Assembly (NCBI GenBank): GCA_963803435.1
Contig: CAWDML010000006.1
Span: 96,001 to 160,000, forward strand
Reading direction: 5' to 3'
From: an uncultured delta proteobacterium
Lineage (GTDB): Bacteria > Myxococcota > Kuafuiibacteriia > Kuafuiibacteriales > Kuafuiibacteriaceae
DNA: 64,000 nucleotides
Shown: positions 31,291-40,471 of the stretch, piece after piece
How positions within the stretch are numbered: the stretch's first letter is position 1
Layout of the letters: each line of letters opens with the position of its first letter
Notes under the pieces: generated by a model
The model's input: only the letters and a program-made list of their open reading frames with translations
What the model was told of the DNA's origin: nothing
The model's database searches: none
Program-made: the position numbers and the translations under genes

Positions 31291-31968
31291 TCACCCTCCG
31301 CCTTGCTCGAGCTTCGCTTCCTCTCTGTCAGAGTAGGTCGGCTGGCCCGCACCCTCCCACTCCAGGAGGCCCTTCACCAGCGGGACCACCTCGTGCGAAG
31401 TGGTGCCCGCCAGCTTCTCGGCCAGCGCCGTCGAGCGTTCGCCGGTGCGGCAGATGAGCACCACCAGGCCGCCGGCCTCCACGTCCTCGAGCGCCTCCGC
31501 GACCTGGTCCTCGGGCATGCACAGCGCCCGCCGGAGATGGCTCCGCGAGAAGTCGCGCGCATCACGGACGTCGATCAGCGTGATCGGCGCGCCCTGCGCC
31601 AGGAGCTGCGAGAGCTCGTCGACGGTGATCCCCGCCTTGCGCAGCGCCGGGAGGTTCTCCTCCAGGAAGCGGACCAGCATGTGCTTGGGCAGCGCGCCCT
31701 GCACGCTCTTGGTGGGCCGACCGTTCACGAAGAGGATCATGGTCGGGATCGACTGGATGCGGAGCGCCTGCGCGATCACCGGGGAGCGATCGACGTCGAG
31801 CTTGGCGACCGTCAGCTCGGCCTCGTACGTCTGGGACAGCTCCTCCAGGACGGGCGCCACCGCCCGGCAGGGCGCACACCAGGTGGCCCAGAAATCCACC
31901 AGGACCGGCTTGTCGCTCTTGAGGACTCTCTGCTCGAAGGTGGCGTCGGTGACCTCGACAGTCGGCAT
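31291..31968 (-). CDS. Thioredoxin fused to a rhodanese domain
   Basis: VLVDFWATWCAPC and IQSIPTM (thioredoxin); LIDVRDARDF...LVVLICRTGERS...LVKGLLEW (rhodanese with active-site Cys). Confidence 0.88.
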   Translation of the reverse strand: MPTVEVTDATFEQRVLKSDKPVLVDFWATWCAPCRAVAPVLEELSQTYEAELTVAKLDVDRSPVIAQALRIQSIPTMILFVNGRPTKSVQGALPKHMLVRFLEENLPALRKAGITVDELSQLLAQGAPITLIDVRDARDFSRSHLRRALCMPEDQVAEALEDVEAGGLVVLICRTGERSTALAEKLAGTTSHEVVPLVKGLLEWEGAGQPTYSDREEAKLEQGGG

Positions 31969-31994
31969 GAGCCTTCGAGCGTAGTACGAATGCG

Positions 31995-33086
31995 CTAGTC
32001 CGTCACCGGGCTTTCCGACGCGGGCTCGAGCGGCATCCCGCACTCGGGGCACTTGTCGCCGCGTTTGCCCGTGACCTCCGGGTGCATCGGGCAGATCCAC
32101 CGCGCACCGTCGATCACCTCGAGCGCCTCCTTCACGCGATCGGCGAACTCGTCATCGTCGAGGCCGAGCTCGAGCGCCTTCGCCAGGTACGGTCGCGCCG
32201 CGGCGTAGTTGCCGTAGTGATAGTGCGCGTACCCAGCGTTGCCGAGATGGATCGCCCGGTCCGGCTCGACCTCGGCGGCGCGTTCGAAGGCGCGCGCCGC
32301 CTTCTGGTAGTCGTAGCGGCGGAAGTACGCGAAGCCGAGGCTCGAGTAGGTGAAGGCGTCGTCGGGCGCGAGCTCGGTAGCGCGCTCGAGCGTCGAGATC
32401 GCGCGGTCGAGCTGGTCGTCGTAGACGAGGTCACGGCCGAGGAGCGTGAGACACGCGACGTCGTCGGGATGCTCGCTGAGCGCTTCTGCCAGCACCGTCG
32501 AGGAGGTGTCGGTGTTCTCGATGCGATCGCCCACCACCGCGGCGAAGCAGCGCGCGGCGGTGCTCCCTGCGTCGGCCAGCGCGCGATACTTCGAAAGCGC
32601 CGGACCGTCCTGCCCCTGCTCCTGGAGCGCGCGCGCCTCGGAGAGCCCCTCCACCAGCCGCGACGCCGGGTAGATCTGATAGAGCATCAGATAGACGAGC
32701 GGTCCGGTGACCGCGACGTAGAACCACATGTACCAGGTGATGCGCGCCAGCTTCTTGTGCTCGTCGAACGCGCCCCGCCAGGCCCGCGTCACCGTGACGA
32801 TCACGAAGGGAAGATTGACCACGGCCAGGACCGTGTGCGTCGTCAGCAGCGTGAAGTAGACGGTCCGCACCGGGCCCGTCCCGGCGAACTTCGTCGCCCC
32901 GTGGTGGTAGTGATAGACGAGGTAGCTCACCAAGAAGAGCGCCGAAAGGATCAGCGCCGCGGTCATCACCTTCTGATGCGATCGACGGCGACCGCGCTTG
33001 ATCAGGACCAGCCCGACCACCAAGAGGATCGCCACCGCGGAGTTGATGATCGCGTTGAGATGGGGCAGCGCGGACAACACGCCCAT
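31995..33086 (-). CDS. DUF420 (CtaM/YozB-like) membrane protein fused to TPRs and a heavy-metal-binding CPMH domain
   Basis: LPHLNA, HQKVM, FLVSYLVYH, HTVLA and HKKLARITWYMWFYVAVTG motifs; TPRs; C-terminal WICPMHPEV...CPECGMPLEP. Confidence 0.85.
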   Translation of the reverse strand: MGVLSALPHLNAIINSAVAILLVVGLVLIKRGRRRSHQKVMTAALILSALFLVSYLVYHYHHGATKFAGTGPVRTVYFTLLTTHTVLAVVNLPFVIVTVTRAWRGAFDEHKKLARITWYMWFYVAVTGPLVYLMLYQIYPASRLVEGLSEARALQEQGQDGPALSKYRALADAGSTAARCFAAVVGDRIENTDTSSTVLAEALSEHPDDVACLTLLGRDLVYDDQLDRAISTLERATELAPDDAFTYSSLGFAYFRRYDYQKAARAFERAAEVEPDRAIHLGNAGYAHYHYGNYAAARPYLAKALELGLDDDEFADRVKEALEVIDGARWICPMHPEVTGKRGDKCPECGMPLEPASESPVTD

Positions 33087-33144
33087 GTGAGAGAGGGGCA
33101 TCGATCCGGCGCGCGTGGTCAAGCAAAACGAGCCGGGCGCGCGC

Positions 33145-33924
33145 TCATGGGAACTCTGCGCTCACCTCGACGGTGTCGCCCGCCTTCACCTCCACGTCCT
33201 TGGTCTTCTTGCCCAGCTTCCCGTGCTCGATCTCGAGCTGGTACTTGCCCGGCGGGACGTTTTCGATGGTGAAGCTGCCGTCGGGGCCGGTCACCGCGAA
33301 GAAGGGATTGTCCAGCACGCGCAGCGCCGCGTGCATCCACGGGTGCACCTCGCACGCGATCTTGCCCTCGAGGTCCTGCGCCTTGAACTTCCGCTCCGCC
33401 TTCATGCCCTGGGTCGGCATCGCCTGGTTGAACTCGCTCCGCTTCACGATCGCGTGCACGTTGTGCAGGAGCGGATCCGAGTTGGTGATGTCGAGCTCCT
33501 GACCGACCTGAATGGCGATCATCTTCGGGTGATAGACGCAGGCCTGCTGATCCAGCGTGATCGCGTCCGAGCGGACCGGCCACTTCTGGTCCGGAAGCCC
33601 GCTCGAGATCCGCACCAGGACCTCGGCGAGCTTGCCGCCGTCCACCATGACCTCGGGGATCGCGTGCGCCTTGTTGAGCTCCATGCACGTCTTATCCTTC
33701 TTCATGTCGACGACCTCGGGCTTGGGCGGGGTCCCCTCGAAGGTGATGGTGCCCTTGATCATCCCGGTGCCGCCGGTGTTGACCGGCGCCGGGGGCGGCT
33801 CGGGCGGCTTCTCCGGCGGGGGCGGCGGCGTCACCGGCTTCTCGGCGGGTTTCGGCTCTTCCTTCTTCTCGGCGGGGCAGGCGAAGAGGAGCAGCGCCGG
33901 GAGCGCAAACACGAGCTTCTTCAT
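33145..33924 (-). CDS. Lipoprotein with cupredoxin-like domain inside a carboxypeptidase-regulatory-like fold
   Basis: LLFAC lipobox; Pro-rich linker; LDQQACVYHP, NSDPLLHNVH and CEVHPWM (His/Cys/His/Met set). Confidence 0.8.
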   Translation of the reverse strand: MKKLVFALPALLLFACPAEKKEEPKPAEKPVTPPPPPEKPPEPPPAPVNTGGTGMIKGTITFEGTPPKPEVVDMKKDKTCMELNKAHAIPEVMVDGGKLAEVLVRISSGLPDQKWPVRSDAITLDQQACVYHPKMIAIQVGQELDITNSDPLLHNVHAIVKRSEFNQAMPTQGMKAERKFKAQDLEGKIACEVHPWMHAALRVLDNPFFAVTGPDGSFTIENVPPGKYQLEIEHGKLGKKTKDVEVKAGDTVEVSAEFP

Positions 33925-33975
33925 GGGGCCCGCTTCTAACAAGCGCGCAGGACGCGCTGCAACGAGGCGGATTGG

Positions 33976-34920
33976 CTACTCGGTGGGCGCGTCTTCGGGC
34001 GGCGGCGGGGGCGGCGTCCACTCGGGCTGGTGGATCAGGCTGTCGCGGAGCTTCTCGGCCGCGGGCGTGTCCTTGATGGCGATCAGGCTCTCCACGAAGT
34101 ACGCGAGCGACCAGATGTCCTTGTCGTCGATCGAGCCCTTCCACATCGGCATGGCGGTACCGCCGATCCCGGAGGCGATCGTGCGGAACAGGTCCCGCCG
34201 GGTCACGACTCCGTCGATGTTCCCGGACCGCACCGTGTGGCGCGTGAAGTCGGGCGGGAGCAGCTTGTGCTTGTATGCCTCGGAGTACTTGGCCTCCGGA
34301 TAGTACATGCCCTCTCGGAACGCGCTCGTCGATCCCTGACCGGTGGCCTCGGCGGTGGCGTCCCAGATCTCCTGCTTGGTCGCGTACGCCGGGTGGCATT
34401 TCAGGCACTGCGCCAGCCCGTGATAGACGACCTTGCCGTGCGCGATGGCGTCCTTCTCGTTGCCGACCCACGGATCGTCGGTGATCTCGGTGGGCTCGCC
34501 GGGCTCGTCCTCGGTCCAGTAGGTGGAGAACGTCTTGATGTACTGGAGGACGTCCTTCAGGTCCTCCTCCGGAATCTCCCACGGGAGCATCGCGGTGCCC
34601 TTGAGGCCGCCGCGTACGATCCGGATCAGCTCGGTGTCCGGCGGAAGCTCGCCGGCCTCGACGCCGCCGAACTTGAAGGACGGCTCGGTGAAGTTGCGCG
34701 GCGGCGGGCGCAGGCCGATACCGGCAGGACCGCGGCCATTGCCCTTGTCGCCGTGGCAGGGGCGACAGTAGAGCATGTACTTCTCGTGCCCGTGCTCGAC
34801 GCGCTCGGCCGGAATGACCACGTCACCGGCGAGCTTCAGCGGCTCGGTGATCGGCTTGTAGTCGTAGCCGGGGCCGCAGGCGGCACAGAGGAAGAGCGCG
34901 ATCGGTGAGATGCTTTTCAT
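33976..34920 (-). CDS. Diheme cytochrome c lipoprotein
   Basis: LCAAC lipobox; CRPCH with PRNF and GTAMLPW; CLKCH with PPDF and GTAMPMW. Confidence 0.9.
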   Translation of the reverse strand: MKSISPIALFLCAACGPGYDYKPITEPLKLAGDVVIPAERVEHGHEKYMLYCRPCHGDKGNGRGPAGIGLRPPPRNFTEPSFKFGGVEAGELPPDTELIRIVRGGLKGTAMLPWEIPEEDLKDVLQYIKTFSTYWTEDEPGEPTEITDDPWVGNEKDAIAHGKVVYHGLAQCLKCHPAYATKQEIWDATAEATGQGSTSAFREGMYYPEAKYSEAYKHKLLPPDFTRHTVRSGNIDGVVTRRDLFRTIASGIGGTAMPMWKGSIDDKDIWSLAYFVESLIAIKDTPAAEKLRDSLIHQPEWTPPPPPPEDAPTE

Positions 34921-34956
34921 CGGCCGCGCCCTCCATAACGCGCGGCCGGACGCCAA

Positions 34957-35883
34957 TCAACCGAGAAGACGGTCGAGAACCATCAGGGCCAGCAGCACGG
35001 GAAGGTAGGTGATCGACGCGAAGAACGCCGAGCGCGCCTGCGAGGGTGAGGCGCTGGCGGCGAAGCGCACGCCGGCGATGAGGAAGAGCCCGCCGGCGAT
35101 CACCGCCCCGATTCCATACACCGGGCCGAGCAGACCGAGGGCCAGCGGTGCGAGGCTCGCGGCCAGGAGGACGCCGCAGCCCACCGCGACCTGACGCCCG
35201 ACCCGCCGGGCGTCCTGCGACACGAAGCGAAAGCCCGCCTGGTGATAGTCCTCGCGGTACATGAATCCGAGCGCGAGAAAGTGCGGGAACTGCCATGCGA
35301 AGAGGATGCAGAAGAGCGCGGCGCCGCCCAGACCGATCTCGCCGGTCACCGTGGACCAGCCCATCACGGGCGGGAGCGCGCCGACGATCGCGCCGATCCA
35401 AACTGCGACAGGGCCCTTCCGCTTGAGCGGCGTGTACAGCGCCGCGTAGACCCCGCCGCTGATCAGCGAGAGGATCGCAGGCCAGGGACCGCAGAAGATC
35501 GCCAGATCCGCGAAGCCCCAGACGAAGAGCACCACCGCGAAGGCGCTCGCCTCCCCGGCCGACACGCGCCCGGACGGGATCGGACGGCCGCGGGTCCGGC
35601 GCATGCGCGCGTCGTGGTCGCGCTCGAGGACCATGTTGAGGGTACAGGCACCGGCGGCGGTGAGCGCGGTGCCGAGCACCAGGTAGGCGAGCCGTATCCA
35701 GTCGGTGCCGGGGACCGCGCTCGACGCGAGATAGAACCCGAGCACCGCGGTGACCACGACCAGCGCGGAGAGGTTGGGCTTCGACAGCTCGTAGAACGCG
35801 CGCGCGCGCGCACCCGGAGAGAGGGACGTCGCCGGCAGGAAGCTCGAAGCGCCGCCCGAATGATCGACCGGATTGACCGACAC
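34957..35883 (-). CDS. ctaB: Protoheme IX farnesyltransferase (heme O synthase)
   Basis: NMVLERDHDARMRRTRGRPIPSG, YTPLKR, GALPPVMGW and WQFPHF motifs. Confidence 0.95.
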   Translation of the reverse strand: MSVNPVDHSGGASSFLPATSLSPGARARAFYELSKPNLSALVVVTAVLGFYLASSAVPGTDWIRLAYLVLGTALTAAGACTLNMVLERDHDARMRRTRGRPIPSGRVSAGEASAFAVVLFVWGFADLAIFCGPWPAILSLISGGVYAALYTPLKRKGPVAVWIGAIVGALPPVMGWSTVTGEIGLGGAALFCILFAWQFPHFLALGFMYREDYHQAGFRFVSQDARRVGRQVAVGCGVLLAASLAPLALGLLGPVYGIGAVIAGGLFLIAGVRFAASASPSQARSAFFASITYLPVLLALMVLDRLLG

Positions 35884-36039
35884 GCGTGCTTCGACTCGTA
35901 TGAAGACCCGCCGATCCAGTCAAGCGCGATCCCGGCTGCAACGATCGCGTATGTCGTGGACGTAACGCCGAAATCCCTCAGTGTCGTTTGGCAACAAGGC
36001 CTTGTCGCCTCCTCGGTCGCGTGCTATTCCGGCCGCGCT

Positions 36040-36696
36040 TTGGCTGAAGCAGCAGGGCATCATCACGACCCCACCATCCTCCCTCAAGACTACCCCGAGG
36101 ATGCTCATTACGGGCGCGCCACCGCGGGCAAGATCGGGATGTGGATCTTTCTCCTGTCGGATGCCTTCTCGTTCGGCGGCCTGTTGCTCGCCTACGGCAT
36201 CCTGCGGGGCGGAACGGTCGGTTCGTGGCATGGCGCCTCGGAGCCGAGGCTCGGGATCAACTTCACCGCTGGCCTGACCTTCATCCTGATCGCATCGAGC
36301 GTGTGCATGGTGATGGCCTACGCGGCGGCCGTCGAGCGCAACCGCAAGGGCATGGTCATGTGGCTCGGCTTCACCGCCCTCGGCGGCATCCTCTTCCTCT
36401 GTGGCCAGGCGCAGGAGTACTTCGGGACGTTCCACATGCTCTTCGGGAGCGAGGGTTTGATCGCGGAGGGCCTGCACTTCGGCCACTCGCACTACGCCAC
36501 CACGTTCTTCTGCATCACCAGCTTCCACGGCGCCCACGTCTTCACCGGCGTCTGCTATCTCACCATCACCATGTTCCGGGCGATGGCCGGCAAATACGAC
36601 AACGGCGACTTCAACGAGATCGAGATCGCCGGCCTCTTCTGGCACTTCGTGGATCTGGTCTGGATCCTCGTTTTCACGTTCGTCTACCTCCTCTGA
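36040..36696 (+). CDS. Heme-copper oxidase subunit III (copy A)
   Basis: KIGMWIFLLSD, TFILIASS, FFCITSFHGAHV and GLFWHFVDLVWI motifs; start probably TTG 36040. Confidence 0.9.
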   Translation: MAEAAGHHHDPTILPQDYPEDAHYGRATAGKIGMWIFLLSDAFSFGGLLLAYGILRGGTVGSWHGASEPRLGINFTAGLTFILIASSVCMVMAYAAAVERNRKGMVMWLGFTALGGILFLCGQAQEYFGTFHMLFGSEGLIAEGLHFGHSHYATTFFCITSFHGAHVFTGVCYLTITMFRAMAGKYDNGDFNEIEIAGLFWHFVDLVWILVFTFVYLL

Positions 36697-36710
36697 GACG
36701 AGGCAGAGCA

Positions 36711-37031
36711 ATGTCATCAGCAGCAGGCAGCAAACCGCATGTCGACCGCAAGCAATACCTGAGAGTGTTCCTGGCCCTCACGGTCCTGACCGCGCTCGAG
36801 GTCGGCGTCGTCTACGTCCCGGGGATCGAAAAGATCTACATCGGCACGGCGCTGGTCTCGCTGGCGCTCGGCAAGGCGTGGACGGTCGGGTGGTTCTTCA
36901 TGCACCTGGGCCACGAGACCCGGCACCTGAAAGGGACGGTCGTGCTCCCGTTCGCCTTCCCGGCGATCTACGCGTTCGTGCTCATCGCAGAGGCGGCGTG
37001 GCGGTTCTCGCACGGATTGGGACGACTATGA
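36711..37031 (+). CDS. Cytochrome c oxidase subunit IV family protein
   Basis: YLRVFLALTVLTALEV and GKAWTVGWFFMHLGHE motifs; three TM helices. Confidence 0.85.
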   Translation: MSSAAGSKPHVDRKQYLRVFLALTVLTALEVGVVYVPGIEKIYIGTALVSLALGKAWTVGWFFMHLGHETRHLKGTVVLPFAFPAIYAFVLIAEAAWRFSHGLGRL

Positions 37032-37252
37032 AGACGCTGGTCCTGCTCCTGGTCCTGCTCACGGCGACCCCCGCGTTCGCCTGCCCGCAGTGCGCCCTCA
37101 ACCAGAAGGCCGGTCTGGGCAGCTGGTTCATCCTGGCAGGGATGATCACGTTCCCGTTCGTCGTCGTCGGCGGCGTGCTCTTCGTCCTCCGGAAGATGGC
37201 GATCTCCGGGACCGAGCAGGAGTGCCTGGCGATGGGAGAGAGTCGAAAATGA
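37028..37252 (+). CDS. Small membrane protein with a post-signal CxxC motif
   Basis: MKTLVLLLVLLTATPAFA-CPQC...TM; ATGA overlaps with both neighbours. Confidence 0.7.
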   Translation: MKTLVLLLVLLTATPAFACPQCALNQKAGLGSWFILAGMITFPFVVVGGVLFVLRKMAISGTEQECLAMGESRK

Positions 37253-38076
37253 GCGCTCGAAAAACTGCAAGCCTGCTTGCCGTGTTCGCCGGCCTGGCCT
37301 TCGCCGGCACGGCGAGGGCCGCCGGGCTCTCGATGCCCCGCGACGTCTCGACGTACGGCGAGAGCATCACCTGGCTCATCGACATCACGAACGTCTTCTG
37401 CGGGATTCTGTTCGTCATCATGCTCGTCTGGATGGGGATCGCCTTTTTCAAGCACGGGCGGAGTCACAAGGCCGAGTACGATCACGGAGACGCCAAGAAG
37501 CAGATCCAGAAGGCGGCGCTCTTATCTGCGGCCATCTTCTTCGTGGTCGACGGCAACCTGTGGGTCAACTCCACGAAGGACGTGAACGGGATCTTCTGGA
37601 ACTGGGAGAAGCCGCTCCAGGATCCGAACCACGTCAAGATCGAGATCCAGGCCCGCCAGTGGATCTGGCAGGCGCGCTACGCCGGCCCCGACGGCGTCTT
37701 CAACACCGCGGACGACGCCCTCTCCGACAACGACATCCGGGTCCCGGTCGACACGCCGGTCATCCTGCAGCTCGCGTCGCCGGACGTCATCCATACCTTC
37801 AGCCTCATGAACTTCCGCATCAAGCAGGACGCGACCCCCGGAATGATCAACAACATGTGGTTCCAGGGGAAAGAGAAGGGGAAGTTCGAGATCACGTGCT
37901 TCCAGCACTGCGGCGTCAATCACTACAAGATGCGCGGCATCCTCACGGTCACGTCCCGCGAAGAATTCGACAAGTGGATCGCGCTCAAGGTGAGGGACGG
38001 CCAGTCCGTCTGGGATGACAAGGACACCGAGGCCCACTGGGGCTGGTCCTGGAAGAACGTGAAGGGCAAGAAGTAG
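37249..38076 (+). CDS. coxB: Cytochrome c oxidase subunit II (CuA)
   Basis: ARQWIWQARY, SPDVIHTF, KQDATPG and the CuA motif CFQHCGVNHYKM; no fused cytochrome c. Confidence 0.92.
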   Translation: MSARKTASLLAVFAGLAFAGTARAAGLSMPRDVSTYGESITWLIDITNVFCGILFVIMLVWMGIAFFKHGRSHKAEYDHGDAKKQIQKAALLSAAIFFVVDGNLWVNSTKDVNGIFWNWEKPLQDPNHVKIEIQARQWIWQARYAGPDGVFNTADDALSDNDIRVPVDTPVILQLASPDVIHTFSLMNFRIKQDATPGMINNMWFQGKEKGKFEITCFQHCGVNHYKMRGILTVTSREEFDKWIALKVRDGQSVWDDKDTEAHWGWSWKNVKGKK

Positions 38077-38084
38077 GAGCTGTC

Positions 38085-39871
38085 ATGGTCGACCTTCAGC
38101 CGATTCACCCCCCACCGACCTCGTTCTTCCGGAAATACGTCTGGTCGCTGGACCACAAGGTCATCGCGAAGCAGTTTCTGTGGACGGGTCTCTTCTTCCT
38201 CGCGTTCGGCGGGACGCTCGCCTACCTGATCCGTTGGCAGTGGGCGTACCCGGGCGATCCGATCCCGCTGCTCGGGAGCATGTTCTTCAAGAGCTCGGGG
38301 GGCGCGATGACGCCGTCCGGCTACAACAGCACATTCACGATGCACGGGCTGATCATGATCTTCTGGGCCATCACCCCGGTGATGATCGGGTGCTTCGGGA
38401 ACTTCTGCATCCCGCTGATGATCGGCGCCCGCGACATGGCCTTCCCGGTCCTGAACAAGCTCTCGTTCTGGGTCTTCGCGCTCTCCGGGGCGCTGATCAT
38501 CTCCGCGTTCCTGGTCCCGATGGGCGCCGCCGGCGCGGGCTGGACCACCTACGCCCCGCTCTCGACGAACGTCGGCATGCCGGGCGCCGGACAGAGCCTG
38601 GTGGTGGCCGGGATCTTCGTCACCGGCATCGCGACCATCATGGGCAGCGTCAACTACGTCACCACGGTGATCCGACTGCGGGCACCGGGGATGACGTACA
38701 TGCGCATGCCGTTGACCGTGTGGGGCCTCTGGCTCACCGCGATCCTCAACGTCCTCTTCGTGCCCGTGCTCGGCTCGGCCGGCCTGCTCCTCCTGCTCGA
38801 TCGCTGCTTCGGGACCCAGTTCTTCGTGGCCGGCGCCTCAGGCGTGAACGGCGGCGGCGATCCGATCCTCTTCCAGCACCTCTTCTGGATCTTCGGCCAC
38901 CCCGAGGTCTACATCCTGATCCTCCCCGCGTGGGGCTTCATCGGCGACCTGGTCGCCTTCTTCTCGCGCAAGCCGCACTACTGGTACAAGGGCACCGTCT
39001 ACGCCATGTCGATGGTGACGATCCTCTCCGCGGTCGTCTACGGCCACCACATGTTCCTCACGGGAATGAGCCCCATGCTCGGCCAGACCTTCATGCTCTT
39101 CACGCTGATCATCAGCGTGCCGGCCGAGATCCTGTTCCTGAACTGGCTGCACACGATCTGGAAGGGATCCATCCGCTTCGAGCTGCCGATGCTGTTCGCG
39201 CTCGGCGGCATCTTCGTCTTCGGCCTGGGCGGCCTCACCGGCCTCTCCCTCGGCACCATCTCGACCGACCTGGAGCTGCACGACACGATGTGGGTCGTCG
39301 GTCACTTCCACCTGACCATGGCCTCGGCCGCGTTCCTGGGCAGCCTGGGCGCCCTCACTTCTGGTTCCCCAAGATGTTCGGCCGACAGATGAACCCGACC
39401 CTGGGCAAGATCCACTTCTGGATCACCTTCCTCGGGTTGAACGGCGTGTTCATCGGGCAGCTCCTGGCGGGCTACGCAGGGCAGCCGCGCTGGTTCTTCG
39501 ACCCCTATCAGTACGAGTACCTGGCGCACCTGCGCACGCTGAACCGCGTCGTCAGCTACTTCGCCTTCGTGCTGATCGGCGGACAGGCCTTCTTCGTCGT
39601 CAACTTCTTCATGAGCGTCTTCGCCGGAAAGAAGGCGGAGAAGAACCCCTGGGAGGTCGGCACGCTCGAGTGGGAGCTCTCCTCGCCGCCGCCGGTCCAC
39701 AACTTCGACGTCATCCCGACGGTCGTGCGTGGACCCCACGAGTTCAACAACCCCGAGTACGTGAAGAAGCTCGGCCGCGACTGGATCAGCCAGACCGAGC
39801 CGCTTCCCGGTGAAGAGCCGTCGGCCCACGAGGAAGCCGAAGAGGGCGGAGCCGCCGCCGCTTCCGCGTGA
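38085..39871 (+). CDS. coxA: Heme-copper oxidase subunit I (A-family); single-base frameshift near 39356
   Basis: DHKVI, TMHG, GARDMAFP, WIFGHPEVY, GHHMF and HDTMWVVGHFH motifs; gcc ctc ac ttc tgg lacks one base before FWFPKMFGR, which continues to the stop at 39871. Confidence 0.93.
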
Positions 39872-40470
39872 TGGTCGCCTTGACCGGTCGCGTCCTCCCG
39901 TACCCCCCGCCAGACGCCGAGAAGCGCAAGACCGCTTTCCTCGGCATGATCGTCTTCATCGCCTCGTGGACGATGATGTTCGGCGTCATGTTCTTCGTGT
40001 ACGGCGCGATGCGGATCGCCGCCGACGCCTGGCCGCCGCTCGGCCTGCCCTTGCTCCCCATCGCGATGCCCACGGTCAATGTGGGGGTGCTGCTCCTCAG
40101 TAGCCTCGCGCTCGAGTGGGGGCTCCGGGAGATCGCCAACGGCCGCCCCAAGCGGCTCGCCCCCGGGGTCTACGTTGCCGCGCTCCTCGGGGTCGTGTTC
40201 TGCGGGATCCAGTGGATGGTGGGCGTCGAGCTGTTCCAACAGGGGCTCACCTTCGATCGGGGCGCCTACGCAGCGGCCTGCTACGGCTTCGCGATCATCC
40301 ACGCGGCCCACGTGGCCATCGGCGTGCTCGCCCTGCTCTACCTGGCCGTGCGCGCCTCGACCGGCGCGTACACCACGCCGCGCCACCTCTCGGTCCGCCT
40401 CTGGGCCATCTACTGGCACTTCGTCGGCGTGGTCTGGCTCGCGATCTATCTGCTGGTCATCGTTCTCTGA
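39868..40470 (+). CDS. Heme-copper oxidase subunit III (copy B)
   Basis: LGMIVFIAS, NVGVLLLSS, HAAHV and YWHFVGVVW motifs. Confidence 0.88.
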   Translation: MMVALTGRVLPYPPPDAEKRKTAFLGMIVFIASWTMMFGVMFFVYGAMRIAADAWPPLGLPLLPIAMPTVNVGVLLLSSLALEWGLREIANGRPKRLAPGVYVAALLGVVFCGIQWMVGVELFQQGLTFDRGAYAAACYGFAIIHAAHVAIGVLALLYLAVRASTGAYTTPRHLSVRLWAIYWHFVGVVWLAIYLLVIVL

Positions 40471-40471
40471 G

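Noticed and set aside
27126-31457. 1443-aa plus-strand ORF and similar long Arg/Gly-rich ORFs (39..1709, 9961..11769, 44222..47038, 51283..53646, 58202..60337)
   Set aside because: Stop-poor antisense frames of motif-supported genes, as expected at high GC3.
35985-36010. TGGCAACAAGGCCTTGTC between ctaB and subunit III as a sigma54 promoter
   Set aside because: GG-N10-GC spacing is not satisfied.
37895-37935. CuA motif has Gln (CFQHC) instead of Glu
   Set aside because: This ligand binds through its backbone carbonyl and Gln is known in functional CuA sites; not unusual by itself.
38085-39871. coxA as a pseudogene or programmed frameshift
   Set aside because: Single missing base with no slippery sequence, all ligands and the operon intact; most likely a sequencing error.
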